Shown piece by piece: positions 1-11,469 of a stretch of 64,000 nucleotides of DNA (its first letter is position 1; every line of letters starts with the position of its first letter). The DNA is from Cyanophora paradoxa CCMP329 (taxonomy: Eukaryota > Plantae > Glaucophyta). Location: NCBI GenBank assembly GCA_004431415.1, contig QPMI01000113.1:251794-315793 (forward strand), written 5' to 3'. The position numbers were made by a program, and so were the translations under genes. The notes beneath the pieces are model-generated. The model was not told the DNA's origin. It searched no databases and saw only the letters and a program-made list of their open reading frames with translations.

Positions 1-489
1 CCGAGAGCCCGTTGCCGACGTCCGTCTTCAGCATCTTCGCCAGGCCCTCCACACCGCCATGCTGCTTGAGCGTCTCCAACAGCTCAGGCTTCTCCCGCTG
101 CGGATAGGCAAGGGCGGCGGTCAGGCCGCAATTTGATCCGGGAAAGATCTGGCGCGAACGTTGTCGAAATTGACGATCTCCGTCAGCTTCTCTGCGGAGA
201 GTGGGAAGGGCCCGTCGTGCTTGTCGCCAACAGGGATGCGGACGTCATGTGCTGCTCCGGCCGCGGTGGTATTCGGCGACGGGGTTGTGCCGGCGCCGTC
301 GAGGGACACCATTCTAACGGGCTGCTCCATCGGGGGAAGTGACTTTGAGCTGAGCTTGCCGATCTCCGCGCTCTGCTGCGGCTTTTGGATAGGTGGGAGC
401 TCCCGCGGGGTCGATTTCGCGGATCCGATCTGGCTGTACAGGGGCTGAACGACGTCCTCAGTGACTGCCCCCGTTGAGTGCGAGGTCAT
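1..489 (-). CDS. 5' part of a P-type IIB (PMCA-like) Ca2+-ATPase; continues off the left edge
   Basis: Exon 1 (489-160) spliced over a GT-AG intron (159-98) to exon 2 REKPELLETLKQHGGVEGLAKMLKTDVGNGLS, which matches the N-terminal GGVEGLxxxLKTDxxxGLS signature of PMCA pumps. Confidence 0.75.
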
Positions 490-1391
490 AATGTTCCCCT
501 ACAACCTGCGGACGGGGGATGTCAGTCTCATCACGATCGGGGCCGGGCGTCCCGCCCCGTCAGCCGGGACAGAGCTTGACTGATTTATTATTGAACTGTC
601 CAACGGCTTCCCAACCCCTGGGGAATATTCGAGAGGCCTAGAGGGACGCCCTACTCTGTCGGCAAGTGAAGGGAAGCCTCGGTTGGACCCGGATCCGGAG
701 GCGATCCAATTCGAGGACCTCGACATTTTACTGCAAGGCCCAGCGAGGGGAGGCGAGCCCGAATGGTCGGAATGAACTACTCTATCCCTGGCTGGGCTTT
801 GACGGGCGAGGGGCTAAGGGGCGGCTGGCGCGCAGCGGATCGTGCGCCCAGCGGCCGCAACGAGCTGGCAGAACTAGAGCAGAGCCCGGGGCTGGATAAT
901 GATGACAACCAGAGAGAGGAAGTTTGCGCACCTATCTCGCAGACCGAGGGCGCAGGCCTGGGTCTCCGGAACTGAACCTGGGCTGCGGCTACGCTGGCTG
1001 CGGGCTGGGCTGATGCTCTTGCGCGTGAGCTCGTCCAGCTGCGGCTCTCTATGCGATATGCTTCCACTTCCTGAACCGAACTGGCAGTTCCTTCTTCCTG
1101 CCGCCGAACGTCGCGAACTCGGGCGGCCGGCGCCGTCGGGGGCGCGGCTGCTAAAGGGCCGGCGACGATGCGCGTGGAGACAGAGAGAGAGATTCCTCTT
1201 GCTGCTGCGATGCAGGAGCTTGCGCAATTGCAAGGAGCCGGGCCCCAGCTTCTTGCGGCTTTTTCAATTATGTATCGCCGCGGAACCCCGATAATGGAGG
1301 CAACGTGGGGGTAGACGCGCCGTTGGCTTGCCGGTGGCGAAAGCTTGTACCCCCCTTTCCCGGTTCCGGGTTCATTCCGGGTTCAGGCGCG

Positions 1392-4300
1392 ATGGAGAGC
1401 GGGCGTCTGCAGCTTCTCGACGCGAAGGAGCGGAGCGACATGCTGGAGCGACACGGCAGTACACCAGAGCCCCCCAAACTTTCGCCCCGGCCGGCGAGCC
1501 GGGATCCCCCAGCGCCGCCGACGGAGCGCGAGCCGTCGGGCGATGTGGAGAGCGCCCTAGCGCTCGACCGCAACACCTCGAGGGCGTTGACTTCCTCCGA
1601 CCGAACGCACTCCAGGCCGACGCGCTCCAAGTCGCTACCGCGCACGAGCAGCCTGCCAGCAGCACCACAGGCGGTTACGATAAACTTCACATCGGCCGCG
1701 GTGGCCACGAGCAGCCTGCGCGACAGCGCCTCTTCCGCCAGCGAACCCAACGCAAACGACGAGAACTCGGTTGCGCGCGAGGAAGACCGCGTGCCGCTCG
1801 AGATTCGACAGGGGCTGCTCGAGTGCGTAAAACCTCCCCCGGCCCTCGCCGCCCCGTTCTGACCAGCGGCGGCACCTCCGACAGAACGTACTGGACGGTG
1901 AGCGCCGAACGCCCGCCCCGTCCGACGCCGCTCGCCGACTCTTTGCGCGCAGATGAAGGAGCGCTGGTGGTCCCGCGTGACTCGCGGGGATGCCGGGGGC
2001 GTCATCCAGGTTCGATCCCGGGCAACTCGCCGCGCCCCGCAAGCGCTGACGGCCGCCGCCAGTCGTTCCACTTCATGTGGTTCCTATCCTACGCGCTTGG
2101 AGACGCCATCTTCTGCGTCACGCGCCTGCACGATGACAAGTGCGCCCGCTAGCCCGCCCGCCAGCCCGCCAGCCCGCAGCTCGACTCGAGCTCGAACCCG
2201 AGCGCAGGTTCTCGTACATGGAGTTCCTCGTGCTGACGCTGGCGTCGGGCTTCTTCGCGCTGATGAGCCCGCGCTGGAACTGGTCCGGCCGCGTCGCCCT
2301 CATGCTCGTCTACCTCGGGATGTGCGCCGGCGCCCCTCCTCTCCCCTCCCTTAACCCCCCTCTAAGCCCACCCGGCGCCGCCGGCAGGTTCCTGTTCTTC
2401 GTGCTGGACATCTACGGGCGGACGGACTACTCCTCCGCCCTCATCCTCGTCTCCCTCGTCGCCCTCTCCCTCCTCGCCACCTTCCTCTTCTTCTTCATCT
2501 ACCCCCACATCACCCGCTGGCGCGCAACCGCCCCCCCCCCCTCCCGTCTCCCCGCCGGAGCTGAGCCGGCGCCGCCCCCGCAGGTACGTGATCCGGCTCT
2601 TCTCGATGGCCTCCTCGAAGGGCCCGGAGATCGTCGTGGAGGACCCCAGCAACCCCGACCTCAACAGCTACGAGTTCGAGGCGCGCTCTCCCTTCTCCCC
2701 GCCGCCTCACCCGCGCCACCCCCGCGAGCCGCCGGCACCCCAGGAGCGGAGCCTCGCCTGGCTCTGCTACCCCCCGTGCTACCAGCCCCCCACGTACAAG
2801 GTCATCTACAAGGGTACCGCTTCTCCTGCCTCTCCTCGTCTCCCCCCGCTTGCGGCTCACGCGGCCGGGCGGCAGGCCCGCTGCGCAACGGCAAGCCGAA
2901 CGGCATGGGTGCGCTCTTCTTGCCCGCCGCGCGGTGCCGCGCAGACCGACGAGGGGCGGGCAGGCCAGTGGATGGACACGAACTATCGCGGGGAGCACCT
3001 CGTCGGCTACTGGCAGGTGCAGGGCCCCGGCGAGGTCCCGCCCCGCCGCCCGGGATCAGAGGCGGGGGGGCGGCAGGACGGGTGCCCCGTCGGCCCCTTC
3101 GACAGCGAGGAGGCCGACACCGGCAACCTCTTCACCAACCGTCCGCCCCGCCGCCCCGCTGCCCGGCCGCCCCGCCCCTCCCCGCCTGAGCGCGCCCCGC
3201 CCCGCCCCGCCCCGCGCAGTGCGCATGATCTTCTCGACGAACGGGAAGGGCTTCCGCAAGTGCGCCCCCGCGCATCAGGGAGTTTCGCGCGCGCTGCGCC
3301 CCGCTGAAGGCGGGCGGGCAGGATGGACGTCAAGTTCGGGGTGGCGAGCGTCGAGTGCTCCGTCTCCGGCTCCTTCCTCGCCGTCCGCCCCCGCCCCCGC
3401 ACCCCGCGTCGCCTCCAGCGGGGCGCGACGCCGGCGGCAGGGCTACCCGCTCGTCTCGTTCATCAAGGAGCCGACGCCGTGCCACTGCCGGGCGGCGTGC
3501 CACTGCGTCAAGGGCCTCCTCGAGAACTGCAACTACCGCCACATCAACGAGATGCTCGAGCGGGCGCGCCCGCCGCCCCGCCCCGCCCCCCGGCCCCGCC
3601 CCTCCCCCGAGCGCCCGCCGCGGCGCAGAAGCGGGTGGTCGTCTCGATCGACCCGCGCACCGAGAGCCTCACCGTCACCGGCTTCGAGTCGACGAGGCGG
3701 CGGCCCCAGGTGCGCGGTGCAGCGCGTGCGGCGGGGCGGCGGCGGGCGCTGAGGGCGCGGGGCCGGCAGGAGGTGAAGATCTCGGTGGAGAAGGCGGAGG
3801 GCCGGCGGGCGCGCCTCGCCCTCGACCCCTCCTGGGCCCCCTCCGCCGGCACCGGCGAGGTTCCCTCTCAGAGCCCCCGCTGCGCTTCACGGGGGGCGGG
3901 GCCTCACGGGGCGGGGACGGGGGGCAGGCGCTGCTCTTCATCCACGGGCTGAACCACACGCTGGAGGACGGCGTGCGGCGCTTCGGGCAGCTCCTCGGCC
4001 TCGCCCACTTCCCCGCCCGTCCGCCCCGCCCCGCCCCGCCCCGTCCCGCCGCTCTCCTCCGCCGGAGCGAGGCCGAGCGGGCCGCTGGGCGGGCAGACAT
4101 CAAGCCCTTCCTCTTCCACTGGCCGGCGGGGACCTCCTTCCTGACCTACTGGTGCGCCTACAACATCTCGGCGGAGACCTCGGTGGGCCCCCCTGCGCTG
4201 CCGGCGCGGGGCGCGTTGCGAGGGGCCCCAGGTGCACTACGACCTCCGCTCCTTCATCGAGTCCATCCGCAACGCCGGCGTGCGCCGCCCCGCCCCCGCG

Positions 4301-5580
4301 CCCCCGCCACGCCCCGCCCCGCCCGCCCGCCCGCCCCGCCCGCCCCGGCCCGGCCCGATGCTCGAGCGCGGCAGATCCGGCATCTGCACGTGGTGATGCA
4401 CTCCATGGGCACGCGCGTCTTCCTCCGCTCCTTCGCCGCCCTCAAGGAGCTCCTCACTGAGCGGCCCGCCCCGCCCGGCCCCGCCCCGCGCCCCTCTTCC
4501 TTCCCCCGCCGCCTTTCGCCGACGCGGCGCCGCGCAGCTTCCCGCACGTCTACGAGGACGGGACGACGAGCAAGCCGGCCGGCAGCTTCGGCTCCTCCGG
4601 CTCCGCCGCCGGACCCTCCTCCTCGCAGAAGGAGCCGGGTACCCGCCAACCAGCGCCCCGCTCCCCTGGCCCTGCGCCCGGCTCAGGCGACGCGCAGTGG
4701 GCAAGTCGCCGAGCTTCGCGGATCGGGACGGGCGCTCCACCGCCGGCGACGAGGAGGCCGCCCACTCCACCCACGTCCGCCCATCCCGCCCGCACCGCCC
4801 GGCGCACTGTGCGCCCCGCGACCGGCACGCGCGCCGGCCGTCGCAGAACGACAAGAAGATGTCGCTCCTCTCCCTGACCTTCCTCAACCCCGACTACGGT
4901 GCCCCGCCTCGGCCCGCTCCCCGCCCCACGCACGGCTGACCGCACCCGCCCCCAGATCTCGCCTGCTTCCGCGACACCGACTTCTGTCAGATCCGCAAGG
5001 TGCCCCCCCGCTCGCCCCCGGCCGCGCCGCGCCCCCCGCGGGAGCTGAGCGCAGCCTCGGCGCGCAGTACTGCGACCAGGTGACGCTGTACGCGGACAAC
5101 CGAGACGTCGCCATCCAATGCGCGCGCTGGTTCCAGGCGCGCCCCGCCCGCGCCTACCGCGGCCGCCCCGCCCCTCCCGCGTGACGCGCCCGCGGCGCAG
5201 GCGATGACCTTCTGCTTCCCGCACGCGCCGAACCTCGGGCACTGCGTGCGGCCACTAAAGTCGCAGTGCGCGCCTCGGGCCTCGCCGCCTCGCCCTCGCC
5301 TTCCCCCGTGAGCGGGGCCGGGACAGGATCACGGGGCGCAACCTCGACATCGACATCGTGGACACGTCGGACCTCCAGGCGCGGCCTCCCCCCCCTCCCC
5401 CCGCCCCGCCCCGCCCCTGAGGGGCGGGCAGCACAACATGTCGTCGCACTACCACTCGGCCTTCAACGTGAACCGCGGCCTCGTCGACGACCTCCACGAC
5501 ATCATCGTCTCCCGCCTCGTCCGCCCCCGCCCGCCCCCTCCCTTCCCCCGCTCCACCCCCACACCCCTCACCTCCCCGCG

Positions 5581-5623
<43 letters not shown>

Positions 5624-5792
5624 CCTCTCCCCCGCCCGCCCGCCCCGCAGCGCGCCGAGGACAGGAAGTCGCGCCTCACGTACCGCGACGGATGTGCGCC
5701 GGGGGCCACCCTCGCCGCCCCTCCCCGCGTCTCACGCCGCTCCGCCAGATTACCGCTTCCTGGTCGTGCCCCCTTCGGTCGTCATGGTGTAG
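1392..5792 (+). CDS. Multi-exon membrane protein with MORN-like repeats and a C-terminal DUF900-type alpha/beta hydrolase
   Basis: About 29 short introns traced. Hydrophobic exons at 2062-2520; YKGPLRNGKPNGMG and GEHLVGYWQDG MORN-like motifs; LFIHGLNHTLEDGVRRFGQ, FLFHWP and the nucleophile elbow HVVMHSMGTRV; LYADNRDVAI; stop TAG at 5790-5792. Start uncertain. Confidence 0.75.
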
Positions 5793-6138
5793 CCCGAGCT
5801 CGAGCTCACCCCCCGCCGTGAGCCTGGGCGTCCTCTCTTTTTTCGCCCCTCGCTGGACGTTGCTGGCTCTCGGTCTCGGTATTTTTGGCGCAGCGCTAGC
5901 TGAGCTGCAGCCTGCAGCGTATTAAGTCCAGATAAGAGTGCCTGTCGCATTTGCTTGTGTACATGTGCCCCTCAGAAACAATGCCCCATTCCTTGCATGC
6001 AGACCATACGCATTGGCGGCATTGGCGACAGACCATACCCCAAGTGTGCCCGCGGAAATCGATGCGTCAACTCTCATGCATACGCGTTGAATTGGGGTTA
6101 CGGGGGAGGGGGGGTGAGGGGCCGGTTGGGAGCGGGGC

Positions 6139-8197
6139 TCAGGAGGCGGCGCGGGCGGCCTCCTCGATGGCCTCCTCGACCTCGCGCTCGACGTCGGGCG
6201 TGCGGAGGCCGCCCGACGCCGCCCGCGAGGGCCCCCGCGAGCCCCCGCGCGACGACCCCCGCGACCCCGCTCGCGGCGGCGCGCCCCGCGGCGCCCCGCC
6301 TGCCGCCTCCTCGGCAGACGCCGCCGCGGCAGCAACCGCCCTGGCTTGGGGCCGCGCGGCGGCGGCGGCTGGGGCCGGGAGGGGTACGCTGCTCTCGAGG
6401 CGGGCGACCTTGTCGGTGAGCCTCGAGACGCACTCCTCCTGCTCCCGCGCCTGCCGCAGCGCCTCCTCCAGCGCCCGCTCCAGCGCCACGTCCTGCCCGC
6501 CCCGCCCCGGCGCTGAGGCCCCGCAGCGAGGCACAGGCGGCGCGGGGCGCACGGGCACGGCCTGTGTCGCCCCCGCGCCTCCGCGAGCTCCTGCTGCAGC
6601 TTCGCCACCGCCTCTGCGGCGTGGCGTCGCGGGCCGGGCGGGCGCCGCGCGGGGCGGGGCGGCACCGCGGTAGAGCGCGATCTCGCTCTCGTGCGCCCTC
6701 TCGAGCACGCGGCGCTCCGCCTGCCGCGCACCCGCCCCCGCCCCCTTGGACGGAGCGCGGGCGGCACGGGGGCGCGGGCGGCACGGGGCGGGGCGGGGAG
6801 GGGCGGGGCGGGGAGGGGGCGGGGGCGCGGGGCGCACGGCGAGGCGGCCCCGCCACTCGGCCTCGAGCTCTCGCAGCTCCGCGCCGCCGGCCCCGGCCCC
6901 CTCCGACTGGCCCCGCCCGCACGTCAGAGGCCGCCGGCGGTCAACCGGGCGGGGAAAGGGGGGGGGGGAGGGGGGGGGGGGGGGGGTGCGGACGGCGCGG
7001 AGGGAGCGCTCGGCGGCGGCCTCGGCGGCGCGGCGCTCGGCCGCCAGCTGCCGCTCAACCGCCTCCCGCAGGCCCCGCTCCTCCCGCGCCGCACCCTGCC
7101 CCGCCCGGCCCGTGAGCCCCGCCCCGCCCTCCGGTGCCGGGGCGGGCGGGGCACCTCGAGGCGGGCGATGGCGGCGGCCTGCGCCTCGCAGCGGCCCCGC
7201 AGCGCCTGCAGCTCCGCCTCCGCCCGCACCGCCCGGTCCTACGCCGCCCCGCCCCCGAGCCTCGGAGGGCGGCGGCGGCGGAGGCGAGGGCGGCGGGGAC
7301 CGCGGCGAGGAGGTCGGAGCGGCGGGCGCCCTCGACCTGCTCCGCCAGCGCCTCCAAGGCCCCGATCTGCCCCCTGCCCGCCCTTCAGACGGGCCGCGCC
7401 GGGGGGGGGGGAAACGGGGCCCACTTGGACTCGAGCTCGCGGACGCGGGCGCGCAGCTCGTCCCGCTCCCGCTGCACGTCCGCGAGCTGCCGGCCGCGCT
7501 CGGAGCGGGACTTGGGAGCGGCGTCTTCGCGGCGGGGGCGCGGACCTTCAGGACCGCGTCCTCGGCGTTCTGCTGCGCGCGCTTGCGCTCCGCCGACTCG
7601 TGCGCGAGGCTGTCGCGGATAGCAGCGACCGCCCCGCCCAGCCGCTGCTTCAGCCTGAGGATCTCGCCCTGCAAGGCCGCCGCCGTCTGGCTGGCGGGCA
7701 GAGGGCCGGGGCCCCCCGCGTGGCCGAGCTGGGGGAAGAGCGGGGCAGAGGAGGGCGGGTTGGTGGTGTAGAGGAAGGGCAGCGGCTCGCTCGTGTACGG
7801 CCGCTGCGCCGACGAGCCAAACAGACGGGCGACCTGCCGGCGCGCCGCGGTCGGAGGCATCCCCACTGCCCCAGCGACCGCACTGACATACCTCCAAACT
7901 GACGGAATCGATCTCTTTTAGCGCCGCGTCCCGGGACGGCGAGAGCCCGGACAGGGACGCGCCGGCCGCGCCCGGCGAGAAAGCGGACGCGACTGACGGT
8001 GGCGCCTTGAGCGGGGACTGTGGGTAGGACGGATGCGTGCCGGCGGTCGTCCGAGGAGACGCGGGCGACGGCCAAGCCTGGCGCGGCGCGCTAGAGTTGG
8101 GAGAGAGTAGGACCTGGGACGACTTGGGCGAGCGCGGCGTGCCGGCCACGCTATCGGCTGGTCGCTGCGGCGTCATTGGGCTCATGACTGTCGCCAT
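6139..8197 (-). CDS. Hypothetical protein: Ser/Pro-rich N-terminus and coiled-coil C-terminus
   Basis: Glu/Arg/Ala heptad-rich exons (LQGEILRLKQRL, LADVQRERDELRARVRELE, VEREVEEAIEEAARAAS*) separated by typical short introns. Confidence 0.55.
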
Positions 8198-8479
8198 CGC
8201 CGGGCGCGATGCAGAGGCCGCGAGGCGTTCTGTGACGCTGGCGTGGATAACGCTGGCGAGGTAGACGCAGCCAGGCGGGGTTGGCCTCAGTAAGCTTTCG
8301 CTGGGTTTCTGGGAGAGCACGTTCGATAGTGCCGCTCGGAGTAGCTCACGGGGGTCGAAGGATCGGCTGCTCGGCCGAGACCTGACAGCAAGGGCAGAGC
8401 TCGCTGGGGTTCAAGTGGCCTGCTTGAGCTGAAGCTGGCACAAGCGCTCTAGGCCGCGTGGGGCGCCCCTGAAAGTTGG

Positions 8480-9581
8480 ATGGAGCTGGAGCAGGGGTAC
8501 GCACAGCAATGCAGCTCGCGAGCCATGCATGAGGAGGAATTCGTTGCCGAGCCTGCGCGAACCTGCGCCGAGGAAGTCAGAGCAGAGGATATCGATATCG
8601 CACCGCCGGTTCTCGTCAGCGTTTCGACGAGTGCCGAGGAGAAGCAGCGATGCGGTGTGCGAGTATTCATTAGCCTAGTAGGTGACGCAGCTTGCAGAAC
8701 CACACATCTCACCAAAACCACAACCTGAACGCACAGTCCCTAATACTCCCTATGGCCAATCTACGTATTCAAGCGCGAAAAAAGTGTCTGACTGCCCTTG
8801 AGCACGCGGAGCTCCCGCAGCTAAACCAGTCAGCCCGGCCCAGCGCCGGAACCAGTCGGCGCCCCCCGGCAGTGCCTGGCGCGCCTCGAGCTCAGCAGCA
8901 CACGGCGGAGCGGAAGCGAACATACGACGAGCGCAGCAGCAGCGGTGATGGCAGACTGTGGCGCGCGAATCCGGATGCATATAGAAGCTTCTGTCATGGC
9001 GGCGCTCCCACAGCCGCTAGCGCTCCGTGAGATGGGTGCGCCGTGAATTTTGACTGGTCTCTGGCGCGCTCGTTCGCTTAGCGCACGCCGCCTCCGCGCA
9101 GGGGATCCGGACCACGTAATGCAGATCGAATGCGAGCCGGCGCCGGAGAGCTGGCGAGCTGAGCTTGAGCAGGCCAGCCTGCAGGTCGACTGTGTCATGA
9201 CCACTTGTGCGTTCCCGACTGCTTATTCTCGGGGCTTCCTTCCCGCTGATCCCTGCGCGCGCTCTTACAGCTCTCCGCGCCGCGTCGCCCCGGGTCTCAT
9301 TCTCGGAGCTGCGCGACGCCTGCTCCGAGCCCGAGAGCCCTCATTCTGATGGCCCCGGCTCCCCTATCATGCCCATGCCCCTCTTCGCGCCCTCCCGCCC
9401 GCTCTTGCCCCGCTGCAGCTGCTCCCAGCCCCCGCTGCCGCCGCGGCCAGCCGCCGCGGAGCCCTCCGCGCCCCGCCGGATGGGGACCATGGCCGGCCGC
9501 CGGCGCTCGGCTCTGGAGGAGTCCCCAGGAGGGGGCCCTCTCGATTCTTCCCACGGCCTCGGCAAGCGGCCTCGAAGCTGA
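8480..9581 (+). CDS. Possible low-complexity hypothetical gene
   Basis: ATG divergent from the previous gene; GT...CAG-bounded short segments link ORFs 8480, 8692 and 9207; no recognisable domain. Confidence 0.25.
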
Positions 9582-10017
9582 GCCCCTTCGATTTTTCGCT
9601 TCATCCTCGCCCTTAGCTATCATAGTATAGCCCCTCCAAGTGGTGATGATGATCAAATCTCGTGACCATCATGAGCACTGCATGCATGGGTGCTCAGATG
9701 CTCACTGCAAGCCATATTGAAACATATATTGCGAGCACTATATGTTCTATGCCTCCGCCCCGGCCGGCAAGCGGGGAGGCCGCCCGCCACGCCTCCGCCC
9801 CGCTTCACGAGCCGCGCCGCCGCCCGCCGCGCCCCCGCTCCGCCCGGCGAGCCGCGCCGCTGCCCGCCGGGCCTCCGCCCCGCCGAAGAGAGCTCCGACG
9901 AGAAGCTTGAACTTCGGAATCTGCTCAGCTAGCCGCGCTTGCGGATCTTCGAGGCTCGGGCGCAGCATGCGCACGAAACCGGAGCCGGCAGCTAGCTAGA
10001 GCCGGGCTTCCCTCTAG

Positions 10018-10059
10018 CGATCGTAACTCTATCGATCGTAACTCTGGCGATCGTAACTC
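10018..10059. repeat. Three copies of a 15 bp tandem repeat (core CGATCGTAACTC)
   Basis: Core seen at 10018, 10033 and 10048. Confidence 0.9.
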
Positions 10060-11469
10060 CGGGCTTGTATCAGGGACACAAGAGCGCATTCTGCTAGAAA
10101 GATAATTGCATAACTCGGTTGGGGAGTGTGTGTTGTGCTATGGCGGGGCGAGGGGGGGAGCGCGCTACGCGCCAGCTGGCATAATTAAAGAGGCCCTTAC
10201 ATAGAGCAGTTCGCAAGTGGTGGCGTCTAGCGCCGTTACCATCGATTTTCGACCACTGCGGGCGCGGGATTCGCGGCGCGGGATCGGCAAGACAGCTACA
10301 CGAGTGCTAGGGAATCGGCGCGCATAGGTCCTTTTTGCTAGCGGATCCGCGCTGCGCGCCCGCGCGCCAAGGTCCCGCGCGCCCGCTTGCGGAGGGGGGG
10401 GACAGCGATTCCGTCATGCAGTCCGCGCTGCTAGCGCTCTGGTCGCGTTATGCATGCGCGGTACAGCGCAACGATTGCGCTGTGTACCGCTTCGGGTCCT
10501 CCGCGCTGCCGCCGCCGCGCCAGCGCCGGTTTTGGGGCTGCCCAAAACCGGGGGGGACAGCGTTACGAGGCACCAGCTCCAGCCACACATCGCCCGGTGT
10601 GCGAAACGCTCGAGCGCGTCGCACTCCCCAGGCGCCGCCGCTATATCTGGCGCCTCCATCTGGCCCCGCTCGCCGCCGCAGTACACGGCGACTACACGCC
10701 GCACATCGCGGCACATGTACAGCACATGGAGGGTCCCCATGGCCCGGCAGCAGCCGCAGTAGGTTAGGGTAGCCTTTAGTATTCTTCTTCATCGCGTAGG
10801 CCGCCTTCCCAAAGGATAGGCCTCGCAGACGGGGGTAGCCCGGTTCGCGCCTCGTTCTTCGGGGCTTTGCGAGCCTGGCACTGCTCTACTATCCCCCTAA
10901 GGGCCCGGCATCCCCCGGGTACCAGCACGTAGCATGTGGGCGTGTAGCTACCGTGTGAAGAGCAAGTGGTCATTGCTTCCACCGTATGTGTAGTATTTCG
11001 CTTATGTATTGTCTAATTATATAACTAGTGTAGTATTTTTTTTTTAAAGATCTACGGTGGGCGTGCCCACTCGTAGTACACAACGAGGATACAAGTCACG
11101 GTATCGGTAACTAGTGTAGTAACCAAGTAGCCTAGTAACTACTACGTATACGTGACTCCTACTACGTTACTGTGACATCGGTATCATTTCCAAGGAGCTG
11201 TTGAGTGCCACGGGGTACTGCTTTTCTTGACCACAACTGAAAAGACTGCTTTCAAAAGTTTTCCAAGAAATGTTTACCACTGAGCAAGAAATACTAAACT
11301 TGAAAGAATGCACGACAAAACAAAGTGGAAAAGCGTACACCCAGCCCCTCGATCGATATCGTACACACGAGACTGGATGGATACACGAGGCAAGCCGAAC
11401 GAATTGATCGCGAGGAGCACTACAAATGGGGCGGGTGCCAGTACGGAAGCGGGCGGGGTGGATCCACGG

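Noticed and set aside
5581-5622. Long poly-C/poly-G runs (also ~6958, 11719, 39984, 43798)
   Set aside because: They lie within introns and homopolymer length is unreliable in assemblies; no independent evidence of function.
11052-11076. Hairpin CTACG-GTGGGC/GCCCAC-CGTAG as a Helitron 3' end
   Set aside because: No properly spaced CTRR terminus, no 5' TC end and no second copy.
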